This document shows, piece after piece, positions 1 to 12,580 of a stretch of DNA of 64,000 nucleotides. Position 1 is the first letter of the stretch. Every line of letters starts with the position of its first letter. Location: assembly GCF_009914755.1 (NCBI RefSeq), contig NC_060927.1; one strand, given 5' to 3'. The notes beneath the pieces are model-generated. The model worked only from the letters and a program-made list of their open reading frames with translations. It had not been told where the DNA came from and did not search any database. The stretch is from the human T2T-CHM13v2.0 reference genome, Homo sapiens. The translations under genes and the position numbers were made by a program.

Positions 1-84
1 CCCCCACACACTGCCCCAGCTGAGTCTGACTATGAGATTGGGATCAAGAAAACCATATACACATTGCCATGCACCATTCTCTGA

Positions 85-399
<315 letters not shown>

Positions 400-1149
400 T
401 AGACCATGATGACACCTTCAAGGAACTTGATAATTAACTCATCCATGAAATCAGGGGATAGACCTCATTCTTAAGTTGGGAACTTCCTATAAATACTTTA
501 TTCCTGCAATGATATTTGGTGCTTACATGGGTTGGTTTATTTAACTGAACTACAATCCCATGAGATGGGAAAGGAAGTGGGCATGAGGAAGCTGTATACT
601 GCAGCCAAGGCCATGCAGCCGGTTAGGGGTAGAGCATGCTTTGGGCCAGGATTGTCTTAACTACAAGACCAGCCCCTTTCTGTTGCACTTAAAACATGTT
701 AAACATAGTCACATAATAACTTGTTAATATTTGCACATTGGTCAGATGGGGAGATAGCATTATCTCCGTTTTGCAGATACTGAAAGTGAGATAAAGCAGT
801 TGTATTGCAAAGAACATAATCAGGAGAAGATCACAAAGGAATAGGAATAGAGACAGAACAACACATTTTTCTCTCATCAAGGCAATGGCATTCTCTCTCC
901 TGCTTCACTGGCTTTCAGTTGTTCAGCAGATCCTCCCTGAGTGCCTCTGTGTCTCTCCCTGCCCTCTTCCATCATGCACACCAGAGGGAGGGCAGATACA
1001 TGCACAGCCCAGAATCCTGGATCACCTGGTGCAGGGAGTGCCCAGAGGGAGGAAGAGACTTCATAAAGCCTTCACACTGGTCTTCTGGAAGGACCGAGTC
1101 TTAGGCTAGGATGAGGAGGGAGTGGCCTGGAGGACAAGGCTGGACATAG

Positions 1150-1985
1150 CTCCAGATGGTTGGGGTGTCAGGCACCGGGAAGGAGGTTATGGGAGTGAAT
1201 GCCTAGGAAAGAGGCCACTGAGGATGGTGTGAGATGAGCCGGTGCAGCCAGGGAGAGCTGGAGCCACTGGAGGCTGTGAGGTGGAGGAGGGCCGTCAGTG
1301 GATTTGTCTGCTGAGATGGGTCACTGGTGACTGTGCAGGGAATGGGCTGAGGGTTGAGAACTGGGGCTCTAAAGTAAAGGTAAAGAGAAGGGATGGGTTT
1401 GAGTCTCTTTTCTAAGGAGGTGTGGGCGGGACCAGGGTCAGCTTGCATGCTAGGGCTGGGAGAGAGTGAAAGAAGTTAAAAATAAACTTCAAGGTTTCCA
1501 GCTGGAAGTACTGCACAGGTGATGTTGCCACTTATTGAAATGGCAACGGCAAGAAGACAGATTTCATGAGAAAGGAACAAGGTAAAACCACTTGGAGGCT
1601 TACTGAGTCTTTGACTCTTTGGAGACATTGAAATGAAGTGTCTTGATAAGGAGCAGAGCTCCTGCCCCGTGCAGGGGGTCCGGGTGGGGAGATTGGTTTG
1701 CGGCTCTTTAGGATATAGGTAGAAGTCACGGGACTAGGTGAGAATATACAGAGAGTACAGACGGGAGGAACCAGGAAGGCCTCCCAGTGTCTGTGGAGGC
1801 AGACGGCACAGAGAGGAAAGGAGAGGCATACAGAGCAGCAGAGAGGTGGGGGACATTAGGGGACAGAGTCCGAAAGCCGGGGGAGAAGATGGCCACGAGG
1901 GCCAGCAGGGTCAGATGCACCTCCTAACAGCAAAGCTAAAGTGAGGAGCTGATGGCCTTGACTCCACCTCTGAATTGGCATCTCA
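1150..1985. mobile_element. Degraded L2-like LINE
   Basis: Purine-rich degenerate sequence resembling L2 3' region; edges uncertain. Confidence 0.45.
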
Positions 1986-2478
1986 CATGTACTGTGTGTC
2001 CTCGTGAGTCCGGGAACACCTGTCCCCCTGCTGTGATCCATGCTAATACCTAGTGCTTCACGTCTCAGTCCACCAGCAGGTAGCACGCTCTTGGGTGTCG
2101 GTAAATTCTTCCATTCCCAATTCTTTTTCTGGCTCCTGCATTTTAAATATTTTCTTCCAAAAGTTCACCAGTTCTTCCCAAAAGCACTACACCGCTTCTG
2201 CCGGAAGGACCCAGTCCAACTCTAGTGCATGGCTCACAGACATCTCGCTCTGCTTTGAAATATAAGGCTCAGGTCTCCGCCACAACACCAGATTTCACAT
2301 TAGATTCCAATTTCATGCTGAGTGTGGACACCATTCAAATAAGAGATTTTGAGGCCCAATCTAGTGAGTTTGACCCCATTTCCCAAACCCATGGAATGGG
2401 GGTATTTTTTTTTTCTATTTGTTGTGAAGGAAATATCAAAGAAACATATGCTGAAGTGAGTTTTGTCCACAATTACAG

Positions 2479-2700
2479 CTCGGAAGTCTTCTGGCCAGCC
2501 TGGTCGACTGCCACCCCCAACTCTGGCCCCACCACAGCCGCCCCTTCCTGAAACCATAGAGCGGCCGGTGGGCACTGGGGCCATGGTGGCTCGCTCCAGC
2601 GACCTGCCCTATCTGATTGTCGGGGTCGTCCTGGGCTCCATCGTTCTCATCATCGTCACCTTCATCCCCTTCTGCTTGTGGAGGGCCTGGTCTAAGCAAA
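2479..2700 (+). CDS. BOC: BOC exon with proline-rich stalk and transmembrane helix (LPYLIVGVVLGSIVLIIVTFIPFCLW)
   Basis: AG at 2477-2478, GTGAGT at 2701; 222 nt, frame continuous with the previous exon. Confidence 0.97.
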
Positions 2701-3402
2701 GTGAGTGAGTGACGCTTTCAGTGGGAGGATCCTGGGTGGGAAATGGGGGCTCCACTAAGGAGGCCTCTGCCTAGGTCTGTGTCCATGGAAAGCTCAAGCC
2801 CAAGTCCCCCAAAGGTCTCGGAGGTCAGAGAACACCCAACGACTGGGCCCCTCCCCCAGCTCACAGACCTCGGCTTGGGGAGGAGGAAGGAGGGAAAGTT
2901 GGGCTGTCTTCTCTGCACCTTTGGAGCTCGGGACCTATGTTGTGCCATCTTCTGAAGTGTCCGAAGCTGCTCCTCTGACCTCACATTCCTACTTACAGTC
3001 CATCCTGCCTCTTCCCTGGGTGCGGAGCTGCCTTCAGCTTTCCCCTCTATCCTGGAATCTGACTTTTAGTCACTAATTTCTGCTTCAGATGGCAAAACAT
3101 CTGGTCAGCTTACCTCCTCTAAATATTGTTCTTCTTTTCACTCACCGCCTCCTGCCCCCAAGCCCTGGACCCTGTATCTCCCCACCCTTCTCCCTGCAGA
3201 AGAGTCTAGGTGTCAGGTAGAAATGGGCGACACAAAGGAGACTCTAGGAGAAAATGTTCTCCATCGCTTGGGCACTGTCAACTCCCTGCCTACGTCCTTC
3301 AACCCTCTGTGGCCAGGAGCCTCCTGAGATCCTTGTGGGGCTTTTCCAACCCATCCCGGGCTACCTTGGCCTAAGCACACCTTTATTTTTCTGTCCTTCC
3401 AG

Positions 3403-3635
3403 AACATACAACAGACCTGGGTTTTCCTCGAAGTGCCCTTCCACCCTCCTGCCCGTATACTATGGTGCCATTGGGAGGACTCCCAGGCCACCAGGCCAGT
3501 GGACAGCCCTACCTCAGTGGCATCAGTGGACGGGCCTGTGCTAATGGGATCCACATGAATAGGGGCTGCCCCTCGGCTGCAGTGGGCTACCCGGGCATGA
3601 AGCCCCAGCAGCACTGCCCAGGCGAGCTTCAGCAG
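3403..3635 (+). CDS. BOC: BOC cytoplasmic-domain exon (KHTTDLGFPRS...HCPGELQQ)
   Basis: Polypyrimidine tract and AG at 3401-3402, CAG|GTAGC donor; 233 nt, phase 1 to 0. Confidence 0.96.
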
Positions 3636-3849
3636 GTAGCGCATTCTTGGGTGTGGGCGGCAGGTATGGGACACCCAGGAGGGAGTGGCTGGGCTGCCTT
3701 GGGGGGCCTCCTCCCTCCTAGGGTCTCAGGCTGGGCTGCTGGGCCAGGCTTTCTTTAGTCAGGAGCAGATGCTCCTGTTGTTGAGTGAAGACTGGAAAGT
3801 TACCTGGACTCCCCGGCGTGGCCGTCTCATTACTCTTCCTTTTGAGCAG

Positions 3850-3926
3850 CAGAGTGACACCAGCAGCCTGCTGAGGCAGACCCATCTTGGCAATGGATAT
3901 GACCCCCAAAGTCACCAGATCACGAG
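3850..3926 (+). CDS. BOC: BOC cytoplasmic exon (QSDTSSLLRQTHLGNGYDPQSHQITR)
   Basis: GAG-CAG-CAG tandem acceptors (start could shift by 3 nt); AG|GTAAC donor; phase 0 to 2. Confidence 0.92.
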
Positions 3927-4439
3927 GTAACCAGGCCTCTCCCCTTTCACTCCCAAGCCCCACAGCCTCACTTTCCCTTTAGCTCCTCAAATCCAAGGCC
4001 TGTCACTGAGAGCCAAGCAGTAGTGCTGTACTCAGGGGTCCCCGTGACTGACAATCATGCTCCTCTGAACCATTGCCCTAATAGGCAGTTGTTGCATTTG
4101 CAATTGCGATGCCCTTTCTGCCTGAGGGCATGGCTTGGCATCTCGGAATCCTCCGTCACTAGACAGATCAGAAGCACCCACCACAACTGACTTTGCCCAT
4201 GGGCCCCTGGACACCTGACTTCACATTCTCCCACATGGAGTAAAATGGAAATGGACTAGAATGATCAGTGGGAATGATGGTGTGGTACCTCTTGATGTTC
4301 AAAGGGGAGAGCAGTCCTTGCCCCATCTGAGCTCTCACCAGCTCTGATGCCCTCAGACAGGGAGACAGCCAGCAGAGGGATGGGGCGACAGGCCCACCCT
4401 GCCCAGCCCCACCTCCCCATCTGGGCTTGTGCACTGCAG

Positions 4440-4633
4440 GGGTCCCAAGTCTAGCCCGGACGAGGGCTCTTTCTTATACACACTGCCCGACGACTCCACT
4501 CACCAGCTGCTGCAGCCCCATCACGACTGCTGCCAACGCCAGGAGCAGCCTGCTGCTGTGGGCCAGTCAGGGGTGAGGAGAGCCCCCGACAGTCCTGTCC
4601 TGGAAGCAGTGTGGGACCCTCCATTTCACTCAG
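4440..4633 (+). CDS. BOC: BOC cytoplasmic exon (GPKSSPDEGSFLYTLP...WDPPFHS)
   Basis: ctgcag acceptor, CAG|GTTGG donor; 194 nt, phase 2 to 1. Confidence 0.95.
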
Positions 4634-5742
4634 GTTGGTTCCAGGAGCAGGGCAGGGAAATTAAACAGGCTGGGGGTGACATGAGGTAGGCATCCACAAG
4701 CCAGTAGTAACAGTCTTCAAAGGTGGGGCTTGGTAAGGAGCCAGCCACAGCATTTATGTGGGAGGGATGGGGCATCGAGGGTGGCTGGCCACTTTCCTTC
4801 ACTGCTGAAGGCCCAGTAGGTCTGTGGGATGTCCAAGTGGGTTCTACTGCAACATGATAAGCTGCGGTCCTCAGCCTCTGAGAAAAAGGCTATTTCTCCA
4901 TTTCAGAGAAAAAAGCCCTTTTTGGTCTGTGCATTTCAAGGCCATTCACAAATTCCATTTGCTGCTCATCACACTAAGATGCATTCTCTAATCACTCTGA
5001 AATGCCTTGCTTTGTTGAGGCTTGTCTCTTAATTAAGGAATAAGGTTGCCTCAATCATTAAGGAGCCAAATTCTTACAAACATCATCATCATAACTCTTT
5101 GTACTTCCACGGAACTTTTTCTCCAAGGAGTTTTGGGCCATTCACGCTAAGCCCATCCCATTGTCTTCCTCCATGCTAGTCTCCTTAGAAATCAGTGGAT
5201 ACTTGGTGAGGGCACCAAGTATCCACTAACGTTTCTTAGCTTCTCTGTGTGTGTGCCCATTCATAGGCAGATCCTGGACTCTGTCTCTAGGAGATTAAAT
5301 TTAAAAGATGCTGGGTCCTAAAGCTCGACCCAGCATCATTTAAACTGGACCGTGTCAATCTGGGGGGACTGGATTGTGAGTGGGATGATTGTAACCAGAA
5401 GCCATAGCAAAGGGTGGACTAGCCGCCTAAACATAGAAAGAGCAGGGCTTCCTTCTGCGTTTCACGGGCTGCACTGACTTCATCTGCTCCTGTGGTGTGG
5501 GCTCAGTGCGGGAGTCTCTACAGTCCCAGCATGAGTGGGAAATGGGTGGCAAGTGGCCCTCCCTGTTTTGATGAGAGACCTTGGAGGGAACAGAAGTGCC
5601 CTTGTCTCGGTTGTAGGTTTCTGTCCCCTTTCCAGAGCCAGTGTAACCACCTCCACCACAGATAGAGATTGGCCCAGTGTCACTGGGTGTTGGCTCCTCG
5701 GTCAATCTGGATTTTAATGGTTCCTACTCTTTCTCCCCTCAG

Positions 5743-5930
5743 GGCCCCCATGCTGCTTGGGCCTTGTGCCAGTTGAAGAGGTGGACAGTCCTGACTCCTG
5801 CCAAGTGAGTGGAGGAGACTGGTGTCCCCAGCACCCCGTAGGGGCCTACGTAGGACAGGAACCTGGAATGCAGCTCTCCCCGGGGCCACTGGTGCGTGTG
5901 TCTTTTGAAACACCACCTCTCACAATTTAG
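5743..5930 (+). CDS. BOC: BOC last coding exon (GPPCCLGLVPVEEVD...SFETPPLTI*)
   Basis: Pyrimidine tract and AG at 5741-5742; in frame to TAG at 5928-5930; recognised C-terminus. Confidence 0.96.
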
Positions 5931-6014
5931 GCAGAAGCTGATATCCCAGAAAGACTATATATTGTTTTTTTTTTAAAAAAAAAAAGAAGAAAAAAGAGAC
6001 AGAGAAAATTGGTA

Positions 6015-6020
6015 TTTATT
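6015..6020 (-). terminator. Candidate distal CFAP44 polyadenylation signal
   Basis: TTTATT on + (AATAAA on -), followed on - by a U-rich tract (5975-5998). Confidence 0.6.
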
Positions 6021-6494
6021 TTTCTATTATAGCCATATTTATATATTTATGCACTTGTAAATAAATGTATATGTTTTATAATTCTGGAGAGACATAAGGA
6101 GTCCTACCCGTTGAGGTTGGAGAGGGAAAATAAAGAAGCTGCCACCTAACAGGAGTCACCCAGGAAAGCACCGCACAGGCTGGCGCGGGACAGACTCCTA
6201 ACCTGGGGCCTCTGCAGTGGCAGGCGAGGCTGCAGGAGGCCCACAGATAAGCTGGCAAGAGGAAGGATCCCAGGCACATGGTTCATCACGAGCATGAGGG
6301 AACAGCAAGGGGCACGGTATCACAGCCTGGAGACACCCACACAGATGGCTGGATCCGGTGCTACGGGAAACATTTTCCTAAGATGCCCATGAGAACAGAC
6401 CAAGATGTGTACAGCACTATGAGCATTAAAAAACCTTCCAGAATCAATAATCCGTGGCAACATATCTCTGTAAAAACAAACACTGTAACTTCTA

Positions 6495-6500
6495 AATAAA
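6495..6500 (+). terminator. Likely distal BOC polyadenylation signal AATAAA
   Basis: Canonical hexamer followed by T/GT-rich sequence. Confidence 0.7.
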
Positions 6501-8664
6501 TGTTCAGTCTTCCCTGTAACCTTCAAACTGAGTCATGTGTGAGTCAGCATTTTCTTTACATGTTAGAATTCAGTCTCTGAGTATTTGAAGAAAATACCCA
6601 CTTACAATATTTTCAGGTCCATCAGAAATGAGATCTGAAAAAGGTAGTAAATGTTTCTCTTTTTTGTTTTTTAAAACAGTGAATGTCAGTTGTGCTTGGA
6701 TTCATGCAGAACACATTACCGTTTAGTCCACAAGGGAACCGTTGTACAACAGACCAGGAAAAACAGGTTCATAGTTCTCTTACCAACTGGACTTGAGATG
6801 AAGTTTAGGTCATATTGAAGAAATAGAACTAATCTTTTTTATATAGGTGTGTGTTGAAGACCAAATATTTTCTCCAAAATACTGTTTAGCTAAGTGCTGT
6901 GCCACACATGGACATATGGTGCATAATAAATTCACTTCCCTTCTTTCCAAAGATACACCAACATTGCCAGAGTAGTTGACTCACTAGTTTAAAATCAACA
7001 TTTACTTACTGTTGTCCAACCAAAGGATCAACCATAGATTCTTTTTTAATTGAAATTTTAAAATCTTTATATGTGGAAGTGGAATTAGATGGAGACTGAT
7101 GCTTGCAATGAAAGCCTTACTACGCTTTGTGTTTTGGGGCTGGAGAGGGTGGGGGGAGCCTGTATTTTCTAGATTTCTGTAAAATTGAGTTACAGATGAA
7201 ATGCCACTTGAGACAATCTCGTTAAGTGGGGGGCCAGACCCTGGCTTTTAAACATGAAGAATTTGATAAACAGGGTCCTAGGGAAGAGTCACTCTGACTG
7301 TTTAGGGCAAGTGCATCCTCTGCTGGCCAAAATAAGTATAGCACCTGCTATTCCTGACTTCTGCATCCATTTCCCATCAAGCTCAACGTCAGAGAGAACT
7401 TCATGTGGAAGTGCAGCATGGTTTTCAGGAAAGCAGTATTTTAAAAATATTATTTAAAAGGAAGGACTGTAAGGAACAGGTAAATGTTAGGAAATGAGAA
7501 GCAGAGCAGGGAAGAGAAGAGAAAAAATAAGATACTGTGATTTCAGACAACCTGGCATCACGGCCCAGAGCTCACTTCTGGGGTGGGTAGGGCTGACGCT
7601 CTCAGTCATTGCTTTGCTATCCAGAGGCCCCCCAATCTGAGCTGTAACTCACCTTCTAGCCCCACTGGTTTTTACATTTTTTCCTTTTTCTCCTTGATGA
7701 TCTAAGGTAGCTGTCAAAATGAAGTCTGGTGAACTTTTCTGAAGTGATAGGTGAAACATCTGCTTTCTGCACAGCACTGGAATCATAGCACTCAATGGAT
7801 TTAGCTCTAAAGAGAAATTTAGCGCATGGCTCACAGACCTCCCTAAGCTGGGGAGCCCGCTGTGGTGGGACAGGCTGGCTGGCAGGCATGAGCAACTCCT
7901 TTACTCTGAAGTTGTGACAGAGGGGCTGGACTCTGTGGTTTCTTTTTCTTCCAATGCTGAGATTGATCATCGGTGATACTATGGATGACAGTTCAGAAGA
8001 GCCAAGTTATATGAACAATTGACCCACAAGTAACTCAGTGTAGGCTGATTTTTGGCCTTACCCTCAGAGGTGAGGCTGCTCCTCTGGGAGCACAGCAGAA
8101 GGCAGGGAAGTGTGCCAGGAGCAGGATAGCTTCCCAGCCACCCTGCCCATGCCACACCCTGCTGGTCTACTTGTGTTTGAAGCTTAACTTCCCAAAGACT
8201 CAGATGCTCTAACTTAACTACAGATTTAAGACTAAGCCTGGAATCAAGTTGAAATGAACCTAAAGCTATCAACATATTTTGTCCAATTCAAAATAAAGTA
8301 ATTCAGTGTTAACTGTCGTCAATTCCCAAACATGCGGAATGAAGCCCTGAATATTGTAGAATTAACTAGTGATTTAGTCCAGCTCAGTTTGGGAATAATT
8401 ATCCCGATTAGCTTTCCTCTCAGTTGAAATGCACAGCAAGTCCTGATGTGGCTCTTCTGTAGACTGTAGGTCCATTCTTGCTGCAATCAGAATCAGAATC
8501 TCAGAATGGGAAGGAACCCATTCTACCAATCCTTCATTTGTCAGATAATAAAATGAGGCCCAGGAAGATAACGTAACTTCTCCTGATTCTCTACAATTAC
8601 CAAGGGGATGGTATCGCCTCAAGACCTTTCTCAGAGACCAGCCACTCTCTCCAGGCAGCTGCTT

Positions 8665-9175
8665 CTTGTGGCTGCCAGCTCCCACGAAGGCCCCGGTGAC
8701 CCCCACCTGGCATTCACACCCTGTTCAGTCCCCTCCCACATCACACAGGGTCAGCCTGTGACCCATATGACAATAGTGACGCTATGTCACTTCTGAGCTT
8801 GGGCTGTAAAAGACTGTGGCTCTTGTATACATCATTCTCTCTTGCTGTCTCCCTCACTCTTGGATCACTTGCTCTGGGAGAAGTCATATCCCAAGCGGCC
8901 CTATGGAGAGGCCCACATGGCGAGGAACTGAAGCCCTGCCTAATGGCCAAGGGAGTGAATTTGCTAATAGCCCCTCCAGCTCCAGCCAAGCTTCAGATGG
9001 CTGCAGCCCCAGCTCCTAGTGTGACTGCAACTCCACGAAAGACCCTGAGCCAGAACACCCGGCCAAGCTGTCCCCAGATTCCTGGACCTCAGAAACCCTC
9101 TCACTCCTGGGTGAGATCACAAGTTTGTTGTTTCAAGCTAAGTTTGGGGGTAATTTTTTACCGCAATAAATAAGA
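8665..9175 (+). mobile_element. MLT1-family solo LTR (ERVL-MaLR, MLT1F/G-like)
   Basis: Motifs ggagaggcccacatggcgaggaactgaag, gaccctgagccagaac and tgttgtttcaagctaagtttggggg. Confidence 0.8.
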
Positions 9176-10624
9176 CACTCAGGGCTATGACTAGCATATT
9201 TTTAAAAATACTTGAAAGGCACACATGGCTTAGGATATACAACACAGAAAGTGATTTAAAAAAAAAAGTGGGTGCTCTCCAGTAGAGAAGTGACTACATC
9301 AGAAATTAATGGTGACAAGTGCAAACAATAAGGTATTCTGACCTCTTAAATAGGAATATGAAGGAATCTTAGGAAGACAATAGGCCAAGTGGCCACCTCT
9401 AAGAATATTCTGATGTACAAAGAAAGCAAGACCTGTCTGTAATTTTGGGGGGCACATTAGCAGGCTAATCACAGGTGAGGAAGACTTGGCATTGCTGAGT
9501 TCCCTTCTACATTTATGCAATGTTCCTTTCTTCACCCGCCCTTCTCAGTGACCAGCTTATCCTGGAACAGCCTCAATGAGTAGCTCGTTAATACAGAGCT
9601 CTTAATCTAAAGAGCTATGCTCTGTTACTAACAGGATTCCAAATGTCAGTGAGATTATCCTGCAATGGTTATAGCCATGAACTTCAATGAGCACTTACCC
9701 CCAAACCAAAAGGATACTCTTCAATTAGTTTAAAATGTTATGCATAATCAAAGGTGATTGTTAAAGATGATCTCTAGTAAATCTATTTCATTATCTCCTC
9801 ATCTATATCAAAACCAGCAAATGGCCCAAGTAAAACCTGAAAGAAAATGGCAGGGGACATGAGAAACTATGGGGAAAACTTAGAATTCTGACGGAGTTGC
9901 AGAAATCTTTAAAGAAAAGCCTCTTTATTGACTGTTTTATTAAGCATGCCCCTCTGCTCCACTCAGAACTGAGGAGTCTACAAAAACTGTGGGCAATCCA
10001 AGAAGGCTGGTTATTTTCCTGCTTTCTGCCAACCCAAAGCAAACTGCTCTGCCATGTCTGTTTGTATTTCCTGAATCCTGAGCCCTCAAAACACTGCTTT
10101 ATGAAGTCAACAATGCCAAAACTGAAATTTGCATTTCTATTCTAAGATATAGCTGACAAAATGTCCTTTTCTCCTGCATCCTCTCAGAGAACACTTAATA
10201 ACATCTAAGTTTATTTTCTAAGGATCAAGAAAACAAAGTTTTCTCATGAATTGCTGAATGATAGTTTTTCTTGCCAAGGGCTAAAAATTCAGGATACCCC
10301 CAAATCAAATTTTCCTAAAACAAAATATATTACAGGTGATTTGCTGCAATCATGAAACACAGCCTTCCGAGACTTCATATTCAATCTAGTAGGTTCGAAA
10401 CATCTAAAATGATTCAGTTTCATAACAGAGGTTGGGTGCTGCAGTCAGTTCTAAGATAACCAAATTGTAGAGAGATTCTTAAAGTGACTTAACGTGACTG
10501 GATCTGGTTTTACACTTTCAGGCGAGTTCAGTTTAAAGTAATAAGATTGTTGGAGGTGATGAGGAGACAGAACTTCCAGTGAGTTATGTCAGAAATCTTG
10601 TATGGGTTTGAGAAAATAGCAAAC

Positions 10625-10816
10625 TCAAAGGTCTGCGGGCTGTATCTCTTTCTCTCGTGGAGACTGAATGGGTGGGAGGATAAGACTGCCTTTCCTACGC
10701 AAAAGAGCAATCTCCTCCTTTAAGGCCGAAATCCTTTCCGCCTGGAGTTGGATCAATTCAGTGACCTCCTCTCTTGCCACAACATCTGCTTCCCGAGGGC
10801 CCTGGAAGGCATTGCC
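10625..10816 (-). CDS. CFAP44: CFAP44 last coding exon ([11 protein letters not shown]...EKEIQPADL*)
   Basis: ttttctttcaacag acceptor; 192 nt to TGA. Confidence 0.94.
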
Positions 10817-11209
10817 CTGTTGAAAGAAAACAGCTCCCTGTTGAAGCATCATTTGGCATGTGAAAAACTCCATGCCCTTATACTGTGTATCTGTGATGAG
10901 TGCTGGCCTGACAGTCACCCTAAACAGCCACTGTTCCTTAATCTCGGGAGCCTTCAATTCCTCTGCTAAAATCCCACCATTAGAAATGTGTGCCTTTGGG
11001 CTAATAAACAACTCTTCAAGTGCAAATCCTCTTTGGATGAGTACACTTTAAGCTAGCTATCAGTCATTCATTACCTAAAGAGCTCATCACTGGAATAATA
11101 AAAGACAGAGTATGTCTTTCTTTTTCTGGACAGCCCATATTTGGGTTCCCAGAATGAAATCTTCTGTTTCCTCATCGGAGTTATTTCCCTGTCCAGCTGA
11201 CTCCTACTC

Positions 11210-11565
11210 ATGTTTCACACATCACTTTCAGGGAGGCCTTCTTTGCCCCATGGACTAGGTTAGGATTTTCCTGCTTTCTGTTTTATCGAAACATCCATTA
11301 TACATATACATCACTATAATTTACAGAATATTACATGGTTCATTCTGAACCATGTAATATTTATGATATTTGACCATTTTTTAAATCTAAAACAATGGCA
11401 ATTTAATATAGCATGACCAAAGTGCTTGTTTGATACCTATCTTTCCTGCGAGATCCTGTCTTTTAGAAACAGGGCTCCATATGACTAAGTCTCATCACTC
11501 TGCCAATACCTGCCCTAGTGCTTTCTACATAAGTAGATGCTCAATAACATTTGAATGCATGAATA
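11210..11565 (+). mobile_element. L2 3' fragments
   Basis: Ends in tagatgctcaataacatttgaatgcatgaat, typical of the L2 tail. Confidence 0.6.
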
Positions 11566-11589
11566 CATCTGTGAAAGGAAAGACATAAT

Positions 11590-11800
11590 ACTTGCGTGGT
11601 GCCCACTTTGTGCAAGGTGCTTTGCATATGCTCTCTCATCTAATCCCCAAAATGACTCTGAACTGGGTGGTATCATTCCAGTTTTACAGATAAGGACATT
11701 GAGACTCAGGGAGTCATTAACTAGCCAAGTCAAGCTGGAAGCAGAGTTAGAAACAGGTTGCCTGATGCTAAAAGTCCATACTTTTTCCATTACTCCTATG
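11590..11800 (-). mobile_element. MIR SINE
   Basis: Core ttttacagataaggacattgagactcag. Confidence 0.75.
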
Positions 11801-11829
11801 TACTATAGCAGACCTTCATAGTAAGGGTT

Positions 11830-12205
11830 ACCCAACACCCTCTGCCTCTTCTCCCTTGCTCACTTTTATTTTAGAGCCCATGAAAGCTAAACACTTAACC
11901 TTACCCATTTTCTCTTCCAGCTAGAGAGAGCTAAGTGGATATAATCTGAAACTTTTGCTCCTTAATAAAAGGGACAGAAGAGGCTGGTGCATGGATGTGA
12001 AACATGGGAGCTGAAGCAGCTGTCATGTGACTTTGAAGGAAACTTTAGGAAAATCACAGAGATATGGGCTCTGGCATCATGGTCCTACAAAACCAAAGCG
12101 TGTAGTCATCTCCCTCTAGACTTCTTGTCAAGTGAGAAAAATGACTCCTATTTGTTTAAGGTACTCTCAATAGGGCTTTTGGTTGCTTGTAGCTAAAAGC
12201 ATGCC
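11830..12205 (+). mobile_element. Old MLT1 (J/K/L-like) LTR
   Basis: 3' motif ctagacttcttgtcaagtgagaaaaa...tttgtttaag...ttgtagctaaaagcat. Confidence 0.6.
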
Positions 12206-12379
12206 TCATACACCAACTCATGCCCAGTCATTCCAGTGGGTTACTTTGAAGTCACCTCACTTTCCCCTTCTCCTCACCAGACTCAATCAAATTTTGGTTA
12301 TTCTTACTTTGAGATGGCTTTTGATATTTGACACATTTTTGTTGTCACCAACTATATCCCAATTCCTGCCTACATCATT

Positions 12380-12580
12380 GTAAGAAGCAATGGAGTCAGC
12401 GTTGGAGGCAGACAGACCTGAATTTCAAAACTAACTTCACCATGCATTAGCTCTAAGAGCTTCAGCAAGTTACTCAGCTCCTCTGAGCTTTAGAAAGTAC
12501 TGTTTTGGGGATTAAATGAAATATCCTATGTGAAGAGGCCATACATGTAAACATATACTGTGTAAAGAGACAGATAACTA
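12380..12580 (+). mobile_element. MIR SINE
   Basis: ttggaggcagacagacctgaattt...caagttact...ctctgagc. Confidence 0.65.

Larger units (their letters stand above)
5931..6520 (+). other. BOC: BOC 3' UTR (end approximate)
   Basis: Follows the stop; AATAAA at 6060, 6129 and 6495, with GT/T-rich sequence after about 6530. Confidence 0.75.
5995..10624 (-). other. CFAP44: Putative long CFAP44 3' UTR; proximal AATAAA candidates at 10210-10215, 9936-9941 and 9924-9929
   Basis: Downstream of the TGA at 10625-10627; extent inferred from hexamers and recollection of the human annotation. Confidence 0.55.

Noticed and set aside
3213-3674. 153 aa minus-strand ORF
   Set aside because: Antisense shadow of a GC-rich BOC exon; no recognisable protein or splice support
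7254-10145. Several 60-129 aa ORFs between the two stop codons
   Set aside because: UTR or MLT1 LTR sequence with lengths expected by chance
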